Shown: piece by piece, positions 39,837 to 51,447 of the stretch | Position numbering within the stretch: the stretch's first letter is position 1 | How the letters are laid out: each line of letters starts with the position of its first letter | Origin: Candidatus Woesearchaeota archaeon B3_Woes | GTDB lineage: Archaea > Nanobdellota > Nanobdellia > Woesearchaeales > B3-WOES | Direction of reading: 5' to 3' | DNA: 64,000 bases | NCBI GenBank assembly: GCA_005222965.1 | Contig: NJBG01000001.1 | Span: 1 to 64,000 of the forward strand | Notes under the pieces: generated by a model | The model's input: the letters and a program-made list of their open reading frames with translations, nothing else | Databases searched by the model: none | What the model was told of the DNA's origin: nothing | Program-made: the position numbers and the translations under genes

Positions 39837-41638
39837 TGTCAGACTTTTATTTTAACGGAAGATTTTTAGGAAATCTGGAAGAACCAGAAGAATTTGTAAA
39901 ACAAGTAGTAAATGAAAGAAGAAAAGGAGTAATTGATAATGGAGTTAATATCTACCTTGATGAAAAAACAAAAGATGTTTTTACTAACTCTACTTCAGGT
40001 AGAGTAAGAAGACCATTAATTGTTATTAAAGAAGGTAAACCTTTGTTAACAGATAATCATGTAAAACAACTTGAAAAAAACGAACTCACATGGAACGATC
40101 TAATTGATCAGGGTGTTATTGAATATCTTGATGCAGCTGAAGAAGAAAACTGTTTAGTTTCTTTTTCTGAAAAAGAATTAACACCAGAACACACCCATTT
40201 GGAAATAAGTCCATTAGCGATGCTTGGTTATTGTACAAGCTTAGTTCCTTTTGGTAATTTTACACAACCAGCTAGGCTTATGATTGGGAGCAAAAACCAG
40301 AAACAAGCCCTTGGACTATATGTAGCAAATTTCCCATTAAAGATGGATATGGATGTAAATATCCTTAATACACCACAAAGACCTATTGTTCAATCTGTAA
40401 TGCACGATCTATCTAAATATGACAGTCATCCAGCAGGACAAAACATTATTGTTGCTATCATGAGTTATAAAGGATATAATATGGATGATGCTATAATTCT
40501 TAATAAAGGTTCAATAGAAAGAGGAGTTGGAAGAAGCACATACTTCAGAATAAACTCTACAGTAGAATTAAGATATAGTGGAGGATTAGTTGATGAAGTA
40601 AGTGTTCCTGATAAAGATGTTAAAGGTTATAAAAGCGAAAAAGATTATAGATTCCTGGAAGAGGATGGAATTATTTATCCAGAAGCACAAGTTCAGGAAG
40701 AAGATGTAATAATTGGAAAAACCTCTCCTCCAAGATTCTTATCAGGGTTAGATGAATATAATTTAGCATCATCTACAAAAAGAGAAAGTTCTGTTGCAAT
40801 GCAGCATGGTGAACACGGAATAATTGATTATGTATTACTAACTGAGAATGAAGAAGGAAATAAACTTGTCCAGGTTAGATTAAGAAAGGGGAAGGTTCCT
40901 GAACTAGGGGATAAATTTACTTCAAGACACGGACAAAAAGGTGTTGTTGGATTAATTGTTCCTCAGACAGACATGCCCTTTAGTGCATCTGGTATTGTTC
41001 CTGATTTAATATTTTCACCTCATGGAATTCCATCAAGAATGACAATAAGCCATATGTTAGAATTAATCGCAGGTAAAATAGGAGCACTATCTGGAAGATA
41101 TGTTGATGCTACTTGTTTTAGCGCTGAAAAAGAAGAAGACCTAAGAAAAGAATTAATGGGTTTAGGATTCAGAGAAAATGGAGTAGAAACATTATATAAT
41201 GGAATGACAGGAGAACAATTTGAATCAAAAATATTCATAGGAAGTATGTACTATCTAAAATTAAGACATATGGTAAGCAACAAGATGCATGCTCGTGCAC
41301 GTGGACCTATCCAGTTATTAACAAGACAACCTACAGAAGGACGGGCAAAAGAAGGAGGTCTAAGATTAGGAGAGATGGAGAAAGATACTTTCGTAGCTCA
41401 TGGAACTTCTTTATTACTAAAAGAAAGATTTGATTCAGATAAAACAGTCGTTCCTGTATGTGAAAGTTGTGGTATAATAGCAGTATATGATGAATATAAG
41501 AATAAAAGTTATTGTCCTATCTGTGGTGATGCAACTGAGATAAATAATATAGAGTTAAGTTACGCTTTCAAACTTTTATTAGATGAATTAAAATCGCTTT
41601 GTATATATCCAAAATTAAATTTAGAAAATAAATACTAA
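39836..41638 (+). CDS. rpoB1: RNA polymerase subunit B' (Rpo2C)
   Basis: GDKFTSRHGQKG, RQPTEGRAKEGGLRLGEME, C-terminal Zn ribbon. Confidence 0.96.
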   Translation: MSDFYFNGRFLGNLEEPEEFVKQVVNERRKGVIDNGVNIYLDEKTKDVFTNSTSGRVRRPLIVIKEGKPLLTDNHVKQLEKNELTWNDLIDQGVIEYLDAAEEENCLVSFSEKELTPEHTHLEISPLAMLGYCTSLVPFGNFTQPARLMIGSKNQKQALGLYVANFPLKMDMDVNILNTPQRPIVQSVMHDLSKYDSHPAGQNIIVAIMSYKGYNMDDAIILNKGSIERGVGRSTYFRINSTVELRYSGGLVDEVSVPDKDVKGYKSEKDYRFLEEDGIIYPEAQVQEEDVIIGKTSPPRFLSGLDEYNLASSTKRESSVAMQHGEHGIIDYVLLTENEEGNKLVQVRLRKGKVPELGDKFTSRHGQKGVVGLIVPQTDMPFSASGIVPDLIFSPHGIPSRMTISHMLELIAGKIGALSGRYVDATCFSAEKEEDLRKELMGLGFRENGVETLYNGMTGEQFESKIFIGSMYYLKLRHMVSNKMHARARGPIQLLTRQPTEGRAKEGGLRLGEMEKDTFVAHGTSLLLKERFDSDKTVVPVCESCGIIAVYDEYKNKSYCPICGDATEINNIELSYAFKLLLDELKSLCIYPKLNLENKY

Positions 41639-41642
41639 AAAC

Positions 41643-41747
41643 CATGAAAATCAAAGATTTTCAGGGTGCAACAAAATCAAAAGATTTTGTGCACAAGAAA
41701 AGCGAAGCTTTTCTTTGTGCCAAAAATCCGGAGGATTTTTAAGCATG
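41643..41747 (+). mobile_element. Four-hairpin palindromic element (101 nt) flanked by a CATG duplication at the rpoA' start
   Basis: Hairpins at 41645-63, 41671-90, 41691-720 and 41722-40; CATG at 41643-46 and 41744-47. Confidence 0.7.
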
Positions 41748-44474
41748 GCTAAAAAAGAAACAAAGGAAAAGGAAGTCAAAGAACCTGTTGAAGAAAAAGC
41801 AGAAGAAGTTGTTGAACCCATAGAAGAGACCAAAGAGGTTCCAGAAGTAGAAGATCTTCCAGAAGAAAAGGGTTCTAAAGAACCTGTTGAAGAAAAAAAG
41901 ATCGATTTTGAATCCCACCAACATGTTCATAAACAAATTAGGAGTATTGAATTTGGTACTCTGAGTCCTGAATTAATAAAAAAGATGGCTTCTGCTAAGA
42001 TAGTCACACCTGAATTATATGATAGAGAAGGATATCCTGTTGATGGTGGACTAATGGATATAAGATTAGGAGTAATTGATCCTGGATTAAAATGTAAGAC
42101 ATGTGGAAGTAAATTAAAAGAATGTATTGGACATTTTGGTTATATAGAGTTAGCAAGACCAATAATCCACATAAAATTTGTTAGTATAATATTAAATATC
42201 CTTAAATCAACTTGTAGAGATTGTGGACGTGTTCTAATTCCTAAAACTAAGATTGCTAAATGTTTAGATGAATTAAAAGAAGCCGAAAAAGAAAGCGGAT
42301 TAGCTGGAAGAAGGAAGAAAATAAGACAGATCATAACAAATCTTAAATCTCAAAACAAATGCCCTTATTGTCAAGTTAAACAACAAAAAATAAATCTTGA
42401 AAAACCATCAACATTTATTGAAAACGAAAAAAGAATAAGCCCAATAGAAGTTAGAACAAGACTTGAAAAAGTTACAGATGATGATTTATCTTTATTCGGG
42501 ATAAATGCAAAAGTAGCAAGACCTGAATGGATGGTATTAACTATAATGGCAATACCACCGGTAACAATGAGACCTTCTATAACTCTAGAATCTGGAGAAA
42601 GAAGCGAAGATGATCTAACACATAAAATAGGAGATATCGTAAGAATAAATCAAAGATTATTTGAAAATATAAATGCAGGAGCTCCTGAAATAATTATTGA
42701 AGATTTGTGGGATTTATTACAATACCATGTTACAACTTTCTTTGATAATGCTGTTGCTCAACTGCCACCAGCAAGGCATCGTTCAGGACAGCCTCTTAAA
42801 ACAATAACAGAAAGAATAAAAAGCAAACAAGGAAGAATAAGGCAAAATTTAGCTGGAAAAAGAACAAATTTTTCTTCCAGAACAGTTATTAGTCCTGATC
42901 CTAATCTACAATTAAACGAGGTTGGAGTACCTATGGAAATTGCTACAATCCTAACAGTACCAGAAAGAGTCACTGAATGGAATATAGAATATCTTAAGGG
43001 ATTTATTAAAAGAGGATCTCATGTTTACCCTGGAGCAAATTATGTTATAAGACCTGGTGGAAAAAAGAAAAGAATAACAGAAGAGACAAAGGAGGCAAGC
43101 CTAGAAGAGATTGAACAAGGTTATATTGTTGAAAGACACCTATTAGATGGGGATGTTGCAATCTTCAACAGACAACCATCTCTTCATAGAATGTCTATGA
43201 TGTGTCACAAAGTAAGAATCTTAGCTGGTAAAACATTTAGATTAAGCCCAGCAGTATGTAATCCTTATAACGCTGATTTTGATGGGGACGAAATGAACCT
43301 GCATATTCCTCAAACAGAAGAAGCGAGAGCAGAAGCAGAAATTTTGATGCAGGTTCAAACTCAACTAATTTCTCCAAGATATGGTCTTAGTGTAATGGGA
43401 TGTAAACAAGATGCCATTAGTGGTAATTATATCCTAACCACAAATAATTTCAAAATGAAAAGAGATGATGCTGTTGATTTATTATATAACCTTGGTATAA
43501 ATAATTTCTCAAAATTACCTAAGAAAAAAGAAGTTAGTGGTCAGGAAGTATTTAGTACACTCTTACCTGATGATTTTGATTTCAAAGGAACAGATAGGAC
43601 AGGTAAACCTGTGATAATTAAAAATGGTGTACTTAATGAGGGTTGTGTAATTGATAAAAATGCTGTTGGAGAAGAAGCAGGACTTATTCTAAGAGCATTA
43701 CACAAAAAATATGGTGCAGATGACGCTGTAATTATTATCAGTAATATATTTAGATTGGGAATTGGTGTTTTATTAAAAAATGGATTTTCAATCACATTGT
43801 CAGATACAGATTTACCTAAGAACGCAAGAGAGGAAGTCGATGAAATATTCACAAATGTGAAGCAAGATGTTCAAAATTTAATTAATTCTTATTATAAAGG
43901 AGAATTAGAAGTATTCCCTGGAAAAACAGCATCTGAAACACTAGAACTAAGAATTTTAGAGTTATTAAATAAAGAGAGAAATAAAGTAGGACAGGTTGTT
44001 ATGGATTATTGTCATAAAGGAACATCTTCAATTATAATGGCTGATAGTGGGGCTAGGGGAAATTCATTAAATTTAGCACAGATGGCAGCTTGTGTTGGTC
44101 AGCAGGCTATGCGTGGTCAAAGAATTACTAAAGGTTATAACAAAAGGACTTTGTCTTCTTTCAAAAAAGGAGATTTAGGTTCTGAATCTCATGGATTTAT
44201 CCAAAATGGGTTCAAACAAGGATTAAATCCTTTTGAATTCTTCTTTGGATCAATAACAGGTCGTGACAGTCTTATGGATACTGCTTTAAGAACACCTAAG
44301 TCTGGTTATCTCTATAGAAGATTATCCAACGCTTTGCAGGACCTAAAAGTAGAGTATGATCATACAGTAAGAGACGCAAGCAAAAAGATTATTCAATTTA
44401 AATATGGTGAAGATGGTGTTGATGTAAGTAAATCAGAAGAAGGAGTAATAAATGTTGATAGAGTTATAAAATGA
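41745..44474 (+). CDS. rpoA1: RNA polymerase subunit A' (Rpo1N) with an E/K-rich N-terminal extension
   Basis: [11 protein letters not shown] catalytic motif; start taken at ATG 41745 (MAKKE). Confidence 0.96.
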   Translation: MAKKETKEKEVKEPVEEKAEEVVEPIEETKEVPEVEDLPEEKGSKEPVEEKKIDFESHQHVHKQIRSIEFGTLSPELIKKMASAKIVTPELYDREGYPVDGGLMDIRLGVIDPGLKCKTCGSKLKECIGHFGYIELARPIIHIKFVSIILNILKSTCRDCGRVLIPKTKIAKCLDELKEAEKESGLAGRRKKIRQIITNLKSQNKCPYCQVKQQKINLEKPSTFIENEKRISPIEVRTRLEKVTDDDLSLFGINAKVARPEWMVLTIMAIPPVTMRPSITLESGERSEDDLTHKIGDIVRINQRLFENINAGAPEIIIEDLWDLLQYHVTTFFDNAVAQLPPARHRSGQPLKTITERIKSKQGRIRQNLAGKRTNFSSRTVISPDPNLQLNEVGVPMEIATILTVPERVTEWNIEYLKGFIKRGSHVYPGANYVIRPGGKKKRITEETKEASLEEIEQGYIVERHLLDGDVAIFNRQPSLHRMSMMCHKVRILAGKTFRLSPAVCNPYNADFDGDEMNLHIPQTEEARAEAEILMQVQTQLISPRYGLSVMGCKQDAISGNYILTTNNFKMKRDDAVDLLYNLGINNFSKLPKKKEVSGQEVFSTLLPDDFDFKGTDRTGKPVIIKNGVLNEGCVIDKNAVGEEAGLILRALHKKYGADDAVIIISNIFRLGIGVLLKNGFSITLSDTDLPKNAREEVDEIFTNVKQDVQNLINSYYKGELEVFPGKTASETLELRILELLNKERNKVGQVVMDYCHKGTSSIIMADSGARGNSLNLAQMAACVGQQAMRGQRITKGYNKRTLSSFKKGDLGSESHGFIQNGFKQGLNPFEFFFGSITGRDSLMDTALRTPKSGYLYRRLSNALQDLKVEYDHTVRDASKKIIQFKYGEDGVDVSKSEEGVINVDRVIK

Positions 44475-45568
44475 GAGACGAAATAGAGTTAACACCCAAA
44501 CTGAAAAAGGAGCTAAAAGAAAAGAAAGCTAGTGAAGCTAACATTAAAAAGGTTGCACAGGAATACAAAGAAGCGCTTATTTCTCCTGGAGAATCTGTTG
44601 GAATCATCTCTGCTGAATCAATTGGAGAACCAGGTACACAGATGACATTAAACACTTTCCACTTTGCTGGTGTTGCAGAAATGAACGTTACAATGGGTTT
44701 GCCAAGAATAATAGAAATCCTTGATGGAAGAAAAACAATTGCTACACCAATGATGGAAATCTATCTTAATAAACCCCATAATAAAGGTAAAAATATTATG
44801 CAGATTGCAGCATCTATAAAAGAAACAATGCTTAATGAAGTTGCCTCAGAATTTTCCATTAATATTGTCGATTTCACAATAGAAATAAAATTAGATAGAG
44901 AAAAAATGAGGGAAATAGGCATAAATATTACAACTGTCGCAAATGCTATCTCTAAATCTATTAAAAAAATAAAAGTTAAACAAAAAGAAGATAACATTGT
45001 TATAAAAATAAAAGAAAAAGAGGAAAATCTGAATGAAATTTATAAACTCAAAGAAAAACTAAAAACAGTTTTCATAAAAGGTATAAAAAACATCAAACAG
45101 GTTTTGCCAGTAAAAAGAAAAGAAGAATTCATAATTATAACAGCTGGATCAAATATCAAAGAGATCCTTGACTTAGATTTTGTTGACAAATCAAGAACAA
45201 TAACAAATGATCTTTATGAAACAGAAAAAGTACTAGGCATTGAAGCTACAAGACAATTAATAATATCAGAAGTCTATAAAGTTATTGAAAGCCAGGGTCT
45301 TAATGTTGATATAAGACATATTATGCTTGTTGCAGATACAATGTGCAATAATGGAACAATAGAAGGAGTTACAAGATATGGTGTTGTGAGTAGAAAATCT
45401 TCTGTTTTAGCAAGGGCTTCTTTTGAAACACCCCTAAACCATATAATTGACTCATCCTTAGTTGGAGATATAGATCTATTAACTTCTGTAGTTGAAAACG
45501 TTATGCTTAATCAACCAGTTCCAGTAGGTACTGGATTGCCTGATTTGATAACAAAGGTGAAAAAATGA
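44471..45568 (+). CDS. rpoA2: RNA polymerase subunit A'' (Rpo1C)
   Basis: [29 protein letters not shown]. Confidence 0.96.
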   Translation: MRDEIELTPKLKKELKEKKASEANIKKVAQEYKEALISPGESVGIISAESIGEPGTQMTLNTFHFAGVAEMNVTMGLPRIIEILDGRKTIATPMMEIYLNKPHNKGKNIMQIAASIKETMLNEVASEFSINIVDFTIEIKLDREKMREIGINITTVANAISKSIKKIKVKQKEDNIVIKIKEKEENLNEIYKLKEKLKTVFIKGIKNIKQVLPVKRKEEFIIITAGSNIKEILDLDFVDKSRTITNDLYETEKVLGIEATRQLIISEVYKVIESQGLNVDIRHIMLVADTMCNNGTIEGVTRYGVVSRKSSVLARASFETPLNHIIDSSLVGDIDLLTSVVENVMLNQPVPVGTGLPDLITKVKK

Positions 45569-45846
45569 GTCAAAAAGATATAACTGATATCAAAAAGAAT
45601 TTAGCTGCAAAAAAACTAATTAAAGGTGCAAAAGAAAACATAAAAAACATTAAGCTTGGCAAGATTTCTAAAGTTTATATAAGCCAAAATTGCCCAGAAA
45701 ATATACAAAATGATATAATAAAATATACGAAAATAGCTAAAATTGATTCTATTATATTAAATGAATCAAGCGAAGAGTTGGGAGTTATATGCAAAAAACC
45801 TTTTTCTATCTCAATTTTAAGTTTTATAAAAGAGAATAAAAAATAA
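45565..45846 (+). CDS. rpl30e: 50S ribosomal protein L30e
   Basis: [13 protein letters not shown] and conserved position after rpoA2. Confidence 0.88.
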   Translation: MSQKDITDIKKNLAAKKLIKGAKENIKNIKLGKISKVYISQNCPENIQNDIIKYTKIAKIDSIILNESSEELGVICKKPFSISILSFIKENKK

Positions 45847-46259
45847 TGACAAAAATAAAATATGATACTAATCTCATAAAACTTATTTCTTTATTTGAAA
45901 CATTAACCAGAGCAAAGGTTAAAGATTGTATTGATAGTAATATCTTGATGTTCGTAGTTAAACAAGGAGAAATAGGTAAAGCGATTGGTAAAAAAGGCTC
46001 TAACATCAAAAGAATTGAGAACGTATTAAAAAGAAAGATAAAAATTGTTGAATTTGATGATGATATTGAGATTTTTGTTAAAAATCTTATATCACCACTA
46101 AAAGTAGAAAACATAACAAAAGAAGATGACACAATCATAATAAGTGATGCAAATAACCAAACAAAAGGGAAACTAAAAGGAAGAGATTCTCAAAACATTA
46201 AAGAATATAAAAAGATAGTTTCTAGATATTTTGATATAGAAGATATTGTTGTTAAATAA
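45846..46259 (+). CDS. nusA: Archaeal NusA
   Basis: KH motif GKAIGKKGSNIK and conserved operon position. Confidence 0.92.
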   Translation: MTKIKYDTNLIKLISLFETLTRAKVKDCIDSNILMFVVKQGEIGKAIGKKGSNIKRIENVLKRKIKIVEFDDDIEIFVKNLISPLKVENITKEDDTIIISDANNQTKGKLKGRDSQNIKEYKKIVSRYFDIEDIVVK

Positions 46260-46261
46260 AA

Positions 46262-47161
46262 CTAATAATGAATTTCTGTTGGAAGGTGTTTTATTTTAGC
46301 TGCTATATTATGTAAAAAACTCAATATAACATAATCTGTGTTGTTGTGTTTCATCATTTTTATAAGTTTTCTAATAAAACTTTTTATTCCTCTATCAAAG
46401 TTTAATAATGATTCACTATCAAATTTATTAAATAAACTATAAACCTCTTCAAAATATTGTGAAATTTCTTCAAATAATACTTTTGTTTTTTTATTAATAT
46501 TAAGTTTATTTTTAATCATATACCTACAAATATCTCTTAAATCATCAACAATCTCTTCAACACAATGGATAAGATAATAGATAGAATTTGTTTTGTTTTC
46601 GTCTTTTTTATATCCTTCTCTATTCAAGAGTCTAAGTGAAAAATACGTCAATTTATTGTTTGTTCCTTCTAATGCTATAAGATTATTAAGTTTATTTATA
46701 TCATTATTATTTAATGCATTTATCATATCTTTCATTATTGATATTGTGGACCAGAAAATTCTTTTGATTATATTATCTAAATCATTATCAAGAGCACTAG
46801 CAATGCTTTTTATAATACAATAATTTGGTTCTTGAGTTATAATTTCATAACCCATCAAGAATTGCACTTGATCTGATACTAAACTGAATATTCCAGGATC
46901 TTTATAATTTATTTTTATTTCTGTATATCCTTGAATGTATGGTGAAAACAACAACATTCTTCTAAATCCATCAGGGCTTTTAATTGTTAACTCTAATTTT
47001 TTTTCTTTTTTATTTAAAGATGGGGGACTTATTGTCAATCCTTTTTGAGATTCTACTACATCTAAAGCTTCTCCTTTTTTAATACCATGCTTAAGTGCCC
47101 ATTTTCTAGGTAAAGATATTAGTTGTGTAGAATTTCCTATCTGTATAACCTTTCGTTGCAT
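46262..47161 (-). CDS. AbrB-PhoU phosphate-uptake-regulator family protein
   Basis: MQRKVIQIGNSTQLISLPRKWA (AbrB), YIQGY, PhoU-like helices. Confidence 0.85.
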   Translation of the reverse strand: MQRKVIQIGNSTQLISLPRKWALKHGIKKGEALDVVESQKGLTISPPSLNKKEKKLELTIKSPDGFRRMLLFSPYIQGYTEIKINYKDPGIFSLVSDQVQFLMGYEIITQEPNYCIIKSIASALDNDLDNIIKRIFWSTISIMKDMINALNNNDINKLNNLIALEGTNNKLTYFSLRLLNREGYKKDENKTNSIYYLIHCVEEIVDDLRDICRYMIKNKLNINKKTKVLFEEISQYFEEVYSLFNKFDSESLLNFDRGIKSFIRKLIKMMKHNNTDYVILSFLHNIAAKIKHLPTEIHY

Positions 47162-47342
47162 TAAACCACCTATTTCACCGAAGTATAAACTAATATATAA
47201 ATGTTTTGAATTTATATAAATCTCATTTTTATATAATTTTTATAAAATTTAAGGCAAAATTATATATATTTTCTAAATATATATCTATATTATAAGATAG
47301 TGGGGGTTATGCAAAAATTTGTCAAAAATAAGGGGTGTTAAT

Positions 47343-47501
47343 ATGGCAATTAGAAGAATAAGGTCAGGTTGGGAGGAAGATATTGAAGAAGAGGGAACAT
47401 TTTATTCAGAAAGCAAAAGAGAATCGCTCGTGGAAAATGACGAGATAAGCCCTAGAGAAGAAGCATTTATGATGGGTTGGGAAAACGCTGAAGAAGAATA
47501 A
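47343..47501 (+). CDS. 52-aa acidic microprotein
   Basis: GGGGTG Shine-Dalgarno; FYSESKRESLVENDEISPREEAFMMGW. Confidence 0.7.
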   Translation: MAIRRIRSGWEEDIEEEGTFYSESKRESLVENDEISPREEAFMMGWENAEEE

Positions 47502-47502
47502 A

Positions 47503-47619
47503 ATGCTATATGAAGATAAATTTGGGAATCTTTTGATCCAGGATGACGTTGGATGTTTGTCTCAATGGGAAATTGAAGAAAAAGGCATACATAAATTAGA
47601 TGATTATAAACAAGCTTAG
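47503..47619 (+). CDS. 38-aa microprotein, paralogue A (not in the ORF track)
   Basis: MLYEDKFGNLLIQDDVGCLSQWEIEEKGIHKLDDYKQA; starts 1 nt after the upstream stop. Confidence 0.7.
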   Translation: MLYEDKFGNLLIQDDVGCLSQWEIEEKGIHKLDDYKQA

Positions 47620-47628
47620 GAGGTGAAA

Positions 47629-47748
47629 ATGTTATATGAAGATAAATTTGGGGTTTTTTGGATTCAAGAAGAAGTTGATAAACTTCCAGCATTTAAAGTT
47701 AAAGAATTAGAATTAAGTCCATCATACGACGAAGATCTTTTTGATTAA
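47629..47748 (+). CDS. 39-aa microprotein, paralogue B (not in the ORF track)
   Basis: MLYEDKFGVFWIQEEVDKLPAFKVKELELSPSYDEDLFD; GGAGGTGA Shine-Dalgarno. Confidence 0.7.
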   Translation: MLYEDKFGVFWIQEEVDKLPAFKVKELELSPSYDEDLFD

Positions 47749-47790
47749 GATAACATAAAACTTATAAAACAATAACTTATACTACTTCTT

Positions 47791-48771
47791 ATGATATGTT
47801 TAGGTATAGAATCTACAGCTCACACTTTTGGTGCAGGTATTATAAACAATAAAGGAGACATCTTAGCTAATGTTAAAGATAGCTATACTACTGAAAAAGG
47901 AGGGATTCATCCTACTTTTGCTAAAGAACACCATATAAAATGTGCTAACAAAGTTATTAAAGAAGCATTAAAACAAGCCAAACTAAAAGAATATGATATT
48001 GATTTAATCTCTTTTTCACAAGCACCTGGTTTACCACCTTGTCTAGTAGTAGGAATGGAAAAAGCAAAAGAATTAGCTAAAAAACTAGATTTGCCTCTTG
48101 TTGGAGTTAATCATTGTATAGCTCATTTAGAAATTGGAAAACTATTAACAAAAGCAAAAGATCCGGTTTTATTATATGCTTCTGGCGCAAACACACAAAT
48201 CATTGCTTATGATGGTGGAAAATATCGTATTTTTGGTGAAACACTAGATAATGGTGTTGGAAATTTCTTAGATGGTTTTGCAAGACACCTAGGAATTGGT
48301 TTTCCAGGAGGACCTAAAATAGCAGAACTAGCTTCAAAAGGAAAAAACTATATTGAAATACCCTATGTTGTAAAAGGAATGGATATCTCAGTAGGAGGAA
48401 TTTTAACCAATCTTAAACAAAAATATGATAGTAATAAATTCACAAAAGAAGATTTAGCATACTCCACTCAAGAAACAGTCTTTGCAATGTTGCTTGAAGT
48501 AACAGAACGTGCAATGGCTCACTGCCAAAAAAAAGAATTATTGTTAGGGGGGGGGGTTGCATGCAATACAAGATTACAAGAAATGTCTGAAATCATGTGC
48601 AAAGAAAGAGGTGCAAAATTCTTTGTTCCACCAAGAAATGTTCTAGTAGATAACGGGCTTATGATAGCATGGCAGGGAATACTACAAAAAAAACAAGCAA
48701 CAAAAGATTATTCCAGCTTAGATATTAGACCAAAAGAAAGAACCAACGAAGTTATGGTTAAATGGTCGTGA
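47791..48771 (+). CDS. kae1: t6A tRNA modification protein Kae1
   Basis: LGIESTAHT, VNHCIAH, SGANTQ, GETLD, DNGLMIAW. Confidence 0.95.
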   Translation: MICLGIESTAHTFGAGIINNKGDILANVKDSYTTEKGGIHPTFAKEHHIKCANKVIKEALKQAKLKEYDIDLISFSQAPGLPPCLVVGMEKAKELAKKLDLPLVGVNHCIAHLEIGKLLTKAKDPVLLYASGANTQIIAYDGGKYRIFGETLDNGVGNFLDGFARHLGIGFPGGPKIAELASKGKNYIEIPYVVKGMDISVGGILTNLKQKYDSNKFTKEDLAYSTQETVFAMLLEVTERAMAHCQKKELLLGGGVACNTRLQEMSEIMCKERGAKFFVPPRNVLVDNGLMIAWQGILQKKQATKDYSSLDIRPKERTNEVMVKWS

Positions 48772-48829
48772 TTATTTGATTTCCGACATATTTAAATATG
48801 AGTTATAGGATTATTAATATGGGGGTAAA

Positions 48830-49489
48830 ATGAGTCAAGAAATAGAATCTAAAGATATTATTGTCACTTATGATACTCTATTTGAAATTCTAAGAAACGA
48901 AAAAACAAAAGAAGATTTACAAAAACTTCATGATACTTTTTTTCATGATGCAACTAACTATCTTAATGAAAAACAGAACATTCTAAATGATAACAAAGAT
49001 CAAAAAGGTCTTTTTGAATCTGATGAAAAAGAAAAAACACTTCATCAAATAGGGAACATAAAGAAAATATTAACAGATATATATGAAAGAAGAGAGAAAA
49101 AGATAATAAATATGGCTGTAAATAAATCAAGATATTCTTCAAATATAATAGATAATTCTGCTCTGCTTGATGAAGAAAAATTGTTTTATGAAATGATAAT
49201 AAGCCTATTAGACAGCCAAAGAGATAAGATTCTTGATAAATTACTAAAAGGACAACACTTTACAAAACCAGAACAAACAGAAACAAAAGAGGAGTTTAAA
49301 CCAGCAGATGAAATTCCTAAAGAAGAATCTACCAAACTTGTAAGATTTCTAACAGCAGTACCTCAGTTCATGGGAGAGGATATGCTTGAATACGGTCCTT
49401 ATGAAGAAGAGGATGTTTCTAAACTACCTATAGAAATAGCAGATGTTTTAATAAAAAAAGAAAGAGCTGAAGAAATAAAAGAAAACTAA
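48830..49489 (+). CDS. GINS subunit (Gins15/Gins51-like)
   Basis: [17 protein letters not shown], and C-terminal B-domain [15 protein letters not shown]. Confidence 0.85.
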   Translation: MSQEIESKDIIVTYDTLFEILRNEKTKEDLQKLHDTFFHDATNYLNEKQNILNDNKDQKGLFESDEKEKTLHQIGNIKKILTDIYERREKKIINMAVNKSRYSSNIIDNSALLDEEKLFYEMIISLLDSQRDKILDKLLKGQHFTKPEQTETKEEFKPADEIPKEESTKLVRFLTAVPQFMGEDMLEYGPYEEEDVSKLPIEIADVLIKKERAEEIKEN

Positions 49490-50793
49490 GGTTCTCTAAA
49501 GTGTTCTCCTGCATAACTGCATCTATCACCTAATTCTTCTTCAATTCTTAATAATTGATTATACTTTGCCAATCTTTCAGATCTACAAGGGGCTCCTGAT
49601 TTTATCTGACCAGCCCTTAATCCAACTGCCAGATCAGCTATAAAAGAATCCTCTGTTTCACCACTCCTATGACTTACCATAACCCCCCATCCTGCTTCTT
49701 TTGCTTCTCTGCAAGCATCAATTGCTTCACTAATAGTTCCTATTTGATTTACTTTTAACAATAAAGCATTGCACGCATTCTGCTCAATCGCTTTTGCTAT
49801 TCTTTTAGGATTTGTAACCAATAAATCATCTCCAACAATCTGTATTTGATCACCAAATTCAGCAGTAAACTTAACATAAGACTCCCAATCATCCTGATCA
49901 AAAGGGTCTTCTATTGATATAACAGAAAAATCTTTGATAAATTTTGCATACATTTCACTTAATTCTTCTGACGTTATTTTATTTTCCTGGATAGGATCCT
50001 TAAAATTTAAATCATACAATCCTTCATCATAAAACTCAGAAGCTGCACAATCCATGCTTATCTTAATATCAATTTCCTCTAAAAGTTCTGCTTTCTTAAT
50101 AGCATCTTTTAAAATACTCAACGCTTCACTACCTTTAACAATATTTGGCATAAATCCACCTTCATCTCCAACACCAGTAGCTGCTTTTCCATATTTATTA
50201 GAAATAATTTCTTTTAGAATATGATAAACCTTAGAACCAATACGCAGTGCTTCTTTAAAAGAAGTTACTTTTGTTGGCATAAACATAAATTCCTGTAAAG
50301 CCAATTGATTATCCGCATGCTTGCCTCCATTAATAACATTAAAGCTTGGCACCGGCATTATATAATGATCAGTTGGCTCTCCAGCAAGTTCAGCAATATG
50401 TTGATATAAAGGAACTTTCTTAGCAGCTGCTCCTGCTCTACAAACAGCCATTGAAACAGCTAACATAGCATTTGCGCCTAAATTAGTTTTATTTTCTGTT
50501 CCATCCAAAGAAATCAAACTATCATCAATCTCTTTTTGTTGTGTACAATCCATATTTACAATATTTTCTACTATCTGTAAATTAACATGATTAACAGCTG
50601 TTAAAACACCTTTTCCAGAATACCTTGAATTATTATTGTCTCTTAATTCTAATGCTTCATATACACCAGTAGAAGTACCAGAAGGAACAGCAGCCCTAAA
50701 AACTCCATCTTTGGTAAAAACATCAACCTCTACAGTAGGATTCCCTCTGGAATCTAGTATTTCTCTAGCTTTGACAGACTCTATTTTAGACAT
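49486..50793 (-). CDS. eno: Enolase
   Basis: [34 protein letters not shown]. Confidence 0.97.
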   Translation of the reverse strand: MSKIESVKAREILDSRGNPTVEVDVFTKDGVFRAAVPSGTSTGVYEALELRDNNNSRYSGKGVLTAVNHVNLQIVENIVNMDCTQQKEIDDSLISLDGTENKTNLGANAMLAVSMAVCRAGAAAKKVPLYQHIAELAGEPTDHYIMPVPSFNVINGGKHADNQLALQEFMFMPTKVTSFKEALRIGSKVYHILKEIISNKYGKAATGVGDEGGFMPNIVKGSEALSILKDAIKKAELLEEIDIKISMDCAASEFYDEGLYDLNFKDPIQENKITSEELSEMYAKFIKDFSVISIEDPFDQDDWESYVKFTAEFGDQIQIVGDDLLVTNPKRIAKAIEQNACNALLLKVNQIGTISEAIDACREAKEAGWGVMVSHRSGETEDSFIADLAVGLRAGQIKSGAPCRSERLAKYNQLLRIEEELGDRCSYAGEHFREP

Positions 50794-50884
50794 ATTAATA
50801 ATCTAAGAATTAAGATATATAAACATTACTAAATTATGTGCTTTGATAGGTACAAAAGAAAATAAAATTTCTTTTATATTAATT

Positions 50885-51346
50885 TTAAAACCCTAATCTA
50901 CTCATAAACAAATTAAATCTAAATGCTTCTATATAAAATTTAATATAATCACCATAAAATAACCAAATTAAAAAAATTATAATACAAATTATTATAAATG
51001 TAATAACTACGTTTCCACCAGAATCATGATAATGATGAACTTCTCTAATATTTTGATTATGTTTATTAGTCGTCTCCTCATTTACATTATGAGATTTGTT
51101 AAAGATTATTTCTTTAATTTTCTTTATATTATCATTATTAGGATGTAATATTAAAGCAGCTCCAATAACTTCTTTTGCTCTATTATGCCTTCCTAATGCG
51201 AAAAGACTATTTGCTTTATTACATAGAACTGTCGCATCAATTGCATTTAGTTTTAATGATTCTTCAAAACATTCAAGAGCTTTTTTATAATCTCCTTCGC
51301 TATAATATTTTGATCCTTCAATATTTAATTCATGTGCAGTGACCAT
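50885..51346 (-). CDS. TPR-repeat protein with a C-terminal TM helix
   Basis: G..YY..GDYKKALECFEESLKLN TPR and a hydrophobic tail. Confidence 0.75.
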   Translation of the reverse strand: MVTAHELNIEGSKYYSEGDYKKALECFEESLKLNAIDATVLCNKANSLFALGRHNRAKEVIGAALILHPNNDNIKKIKEIIFNKSHNVNEETTNKHNQNIREVHHYHDSGGNVVITFIIICIIIFLIWLFYGDYIKFYIEAFRFNLFMSRLGF

Positions 51347-51447
51347 TCTATCTTTGATTTTTTATTATCTTCTCTACCCCTATTATCAATATAAGAACTA
51401 AACTATAAAAATATTACTAAAAAAGAACGCTCTAATTTATTACTAAA

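Noticed and set aside
41715..41744. ORF-track start of RpoA' at 41715 (MCQKSGGFLS)
   Set aside because: It lies inside the palindromic element; the ATG at 41745 restores the ancestral junction.
14165..51425. Recurrent AAA(C/T)ATTACTAAA motif (about 14172, 50821, 51409)
   Set aside because: Each copy abuts a minus-strand TATA box upstream of a gene, so it is best read as an ordinary BRE-TATA promoter.
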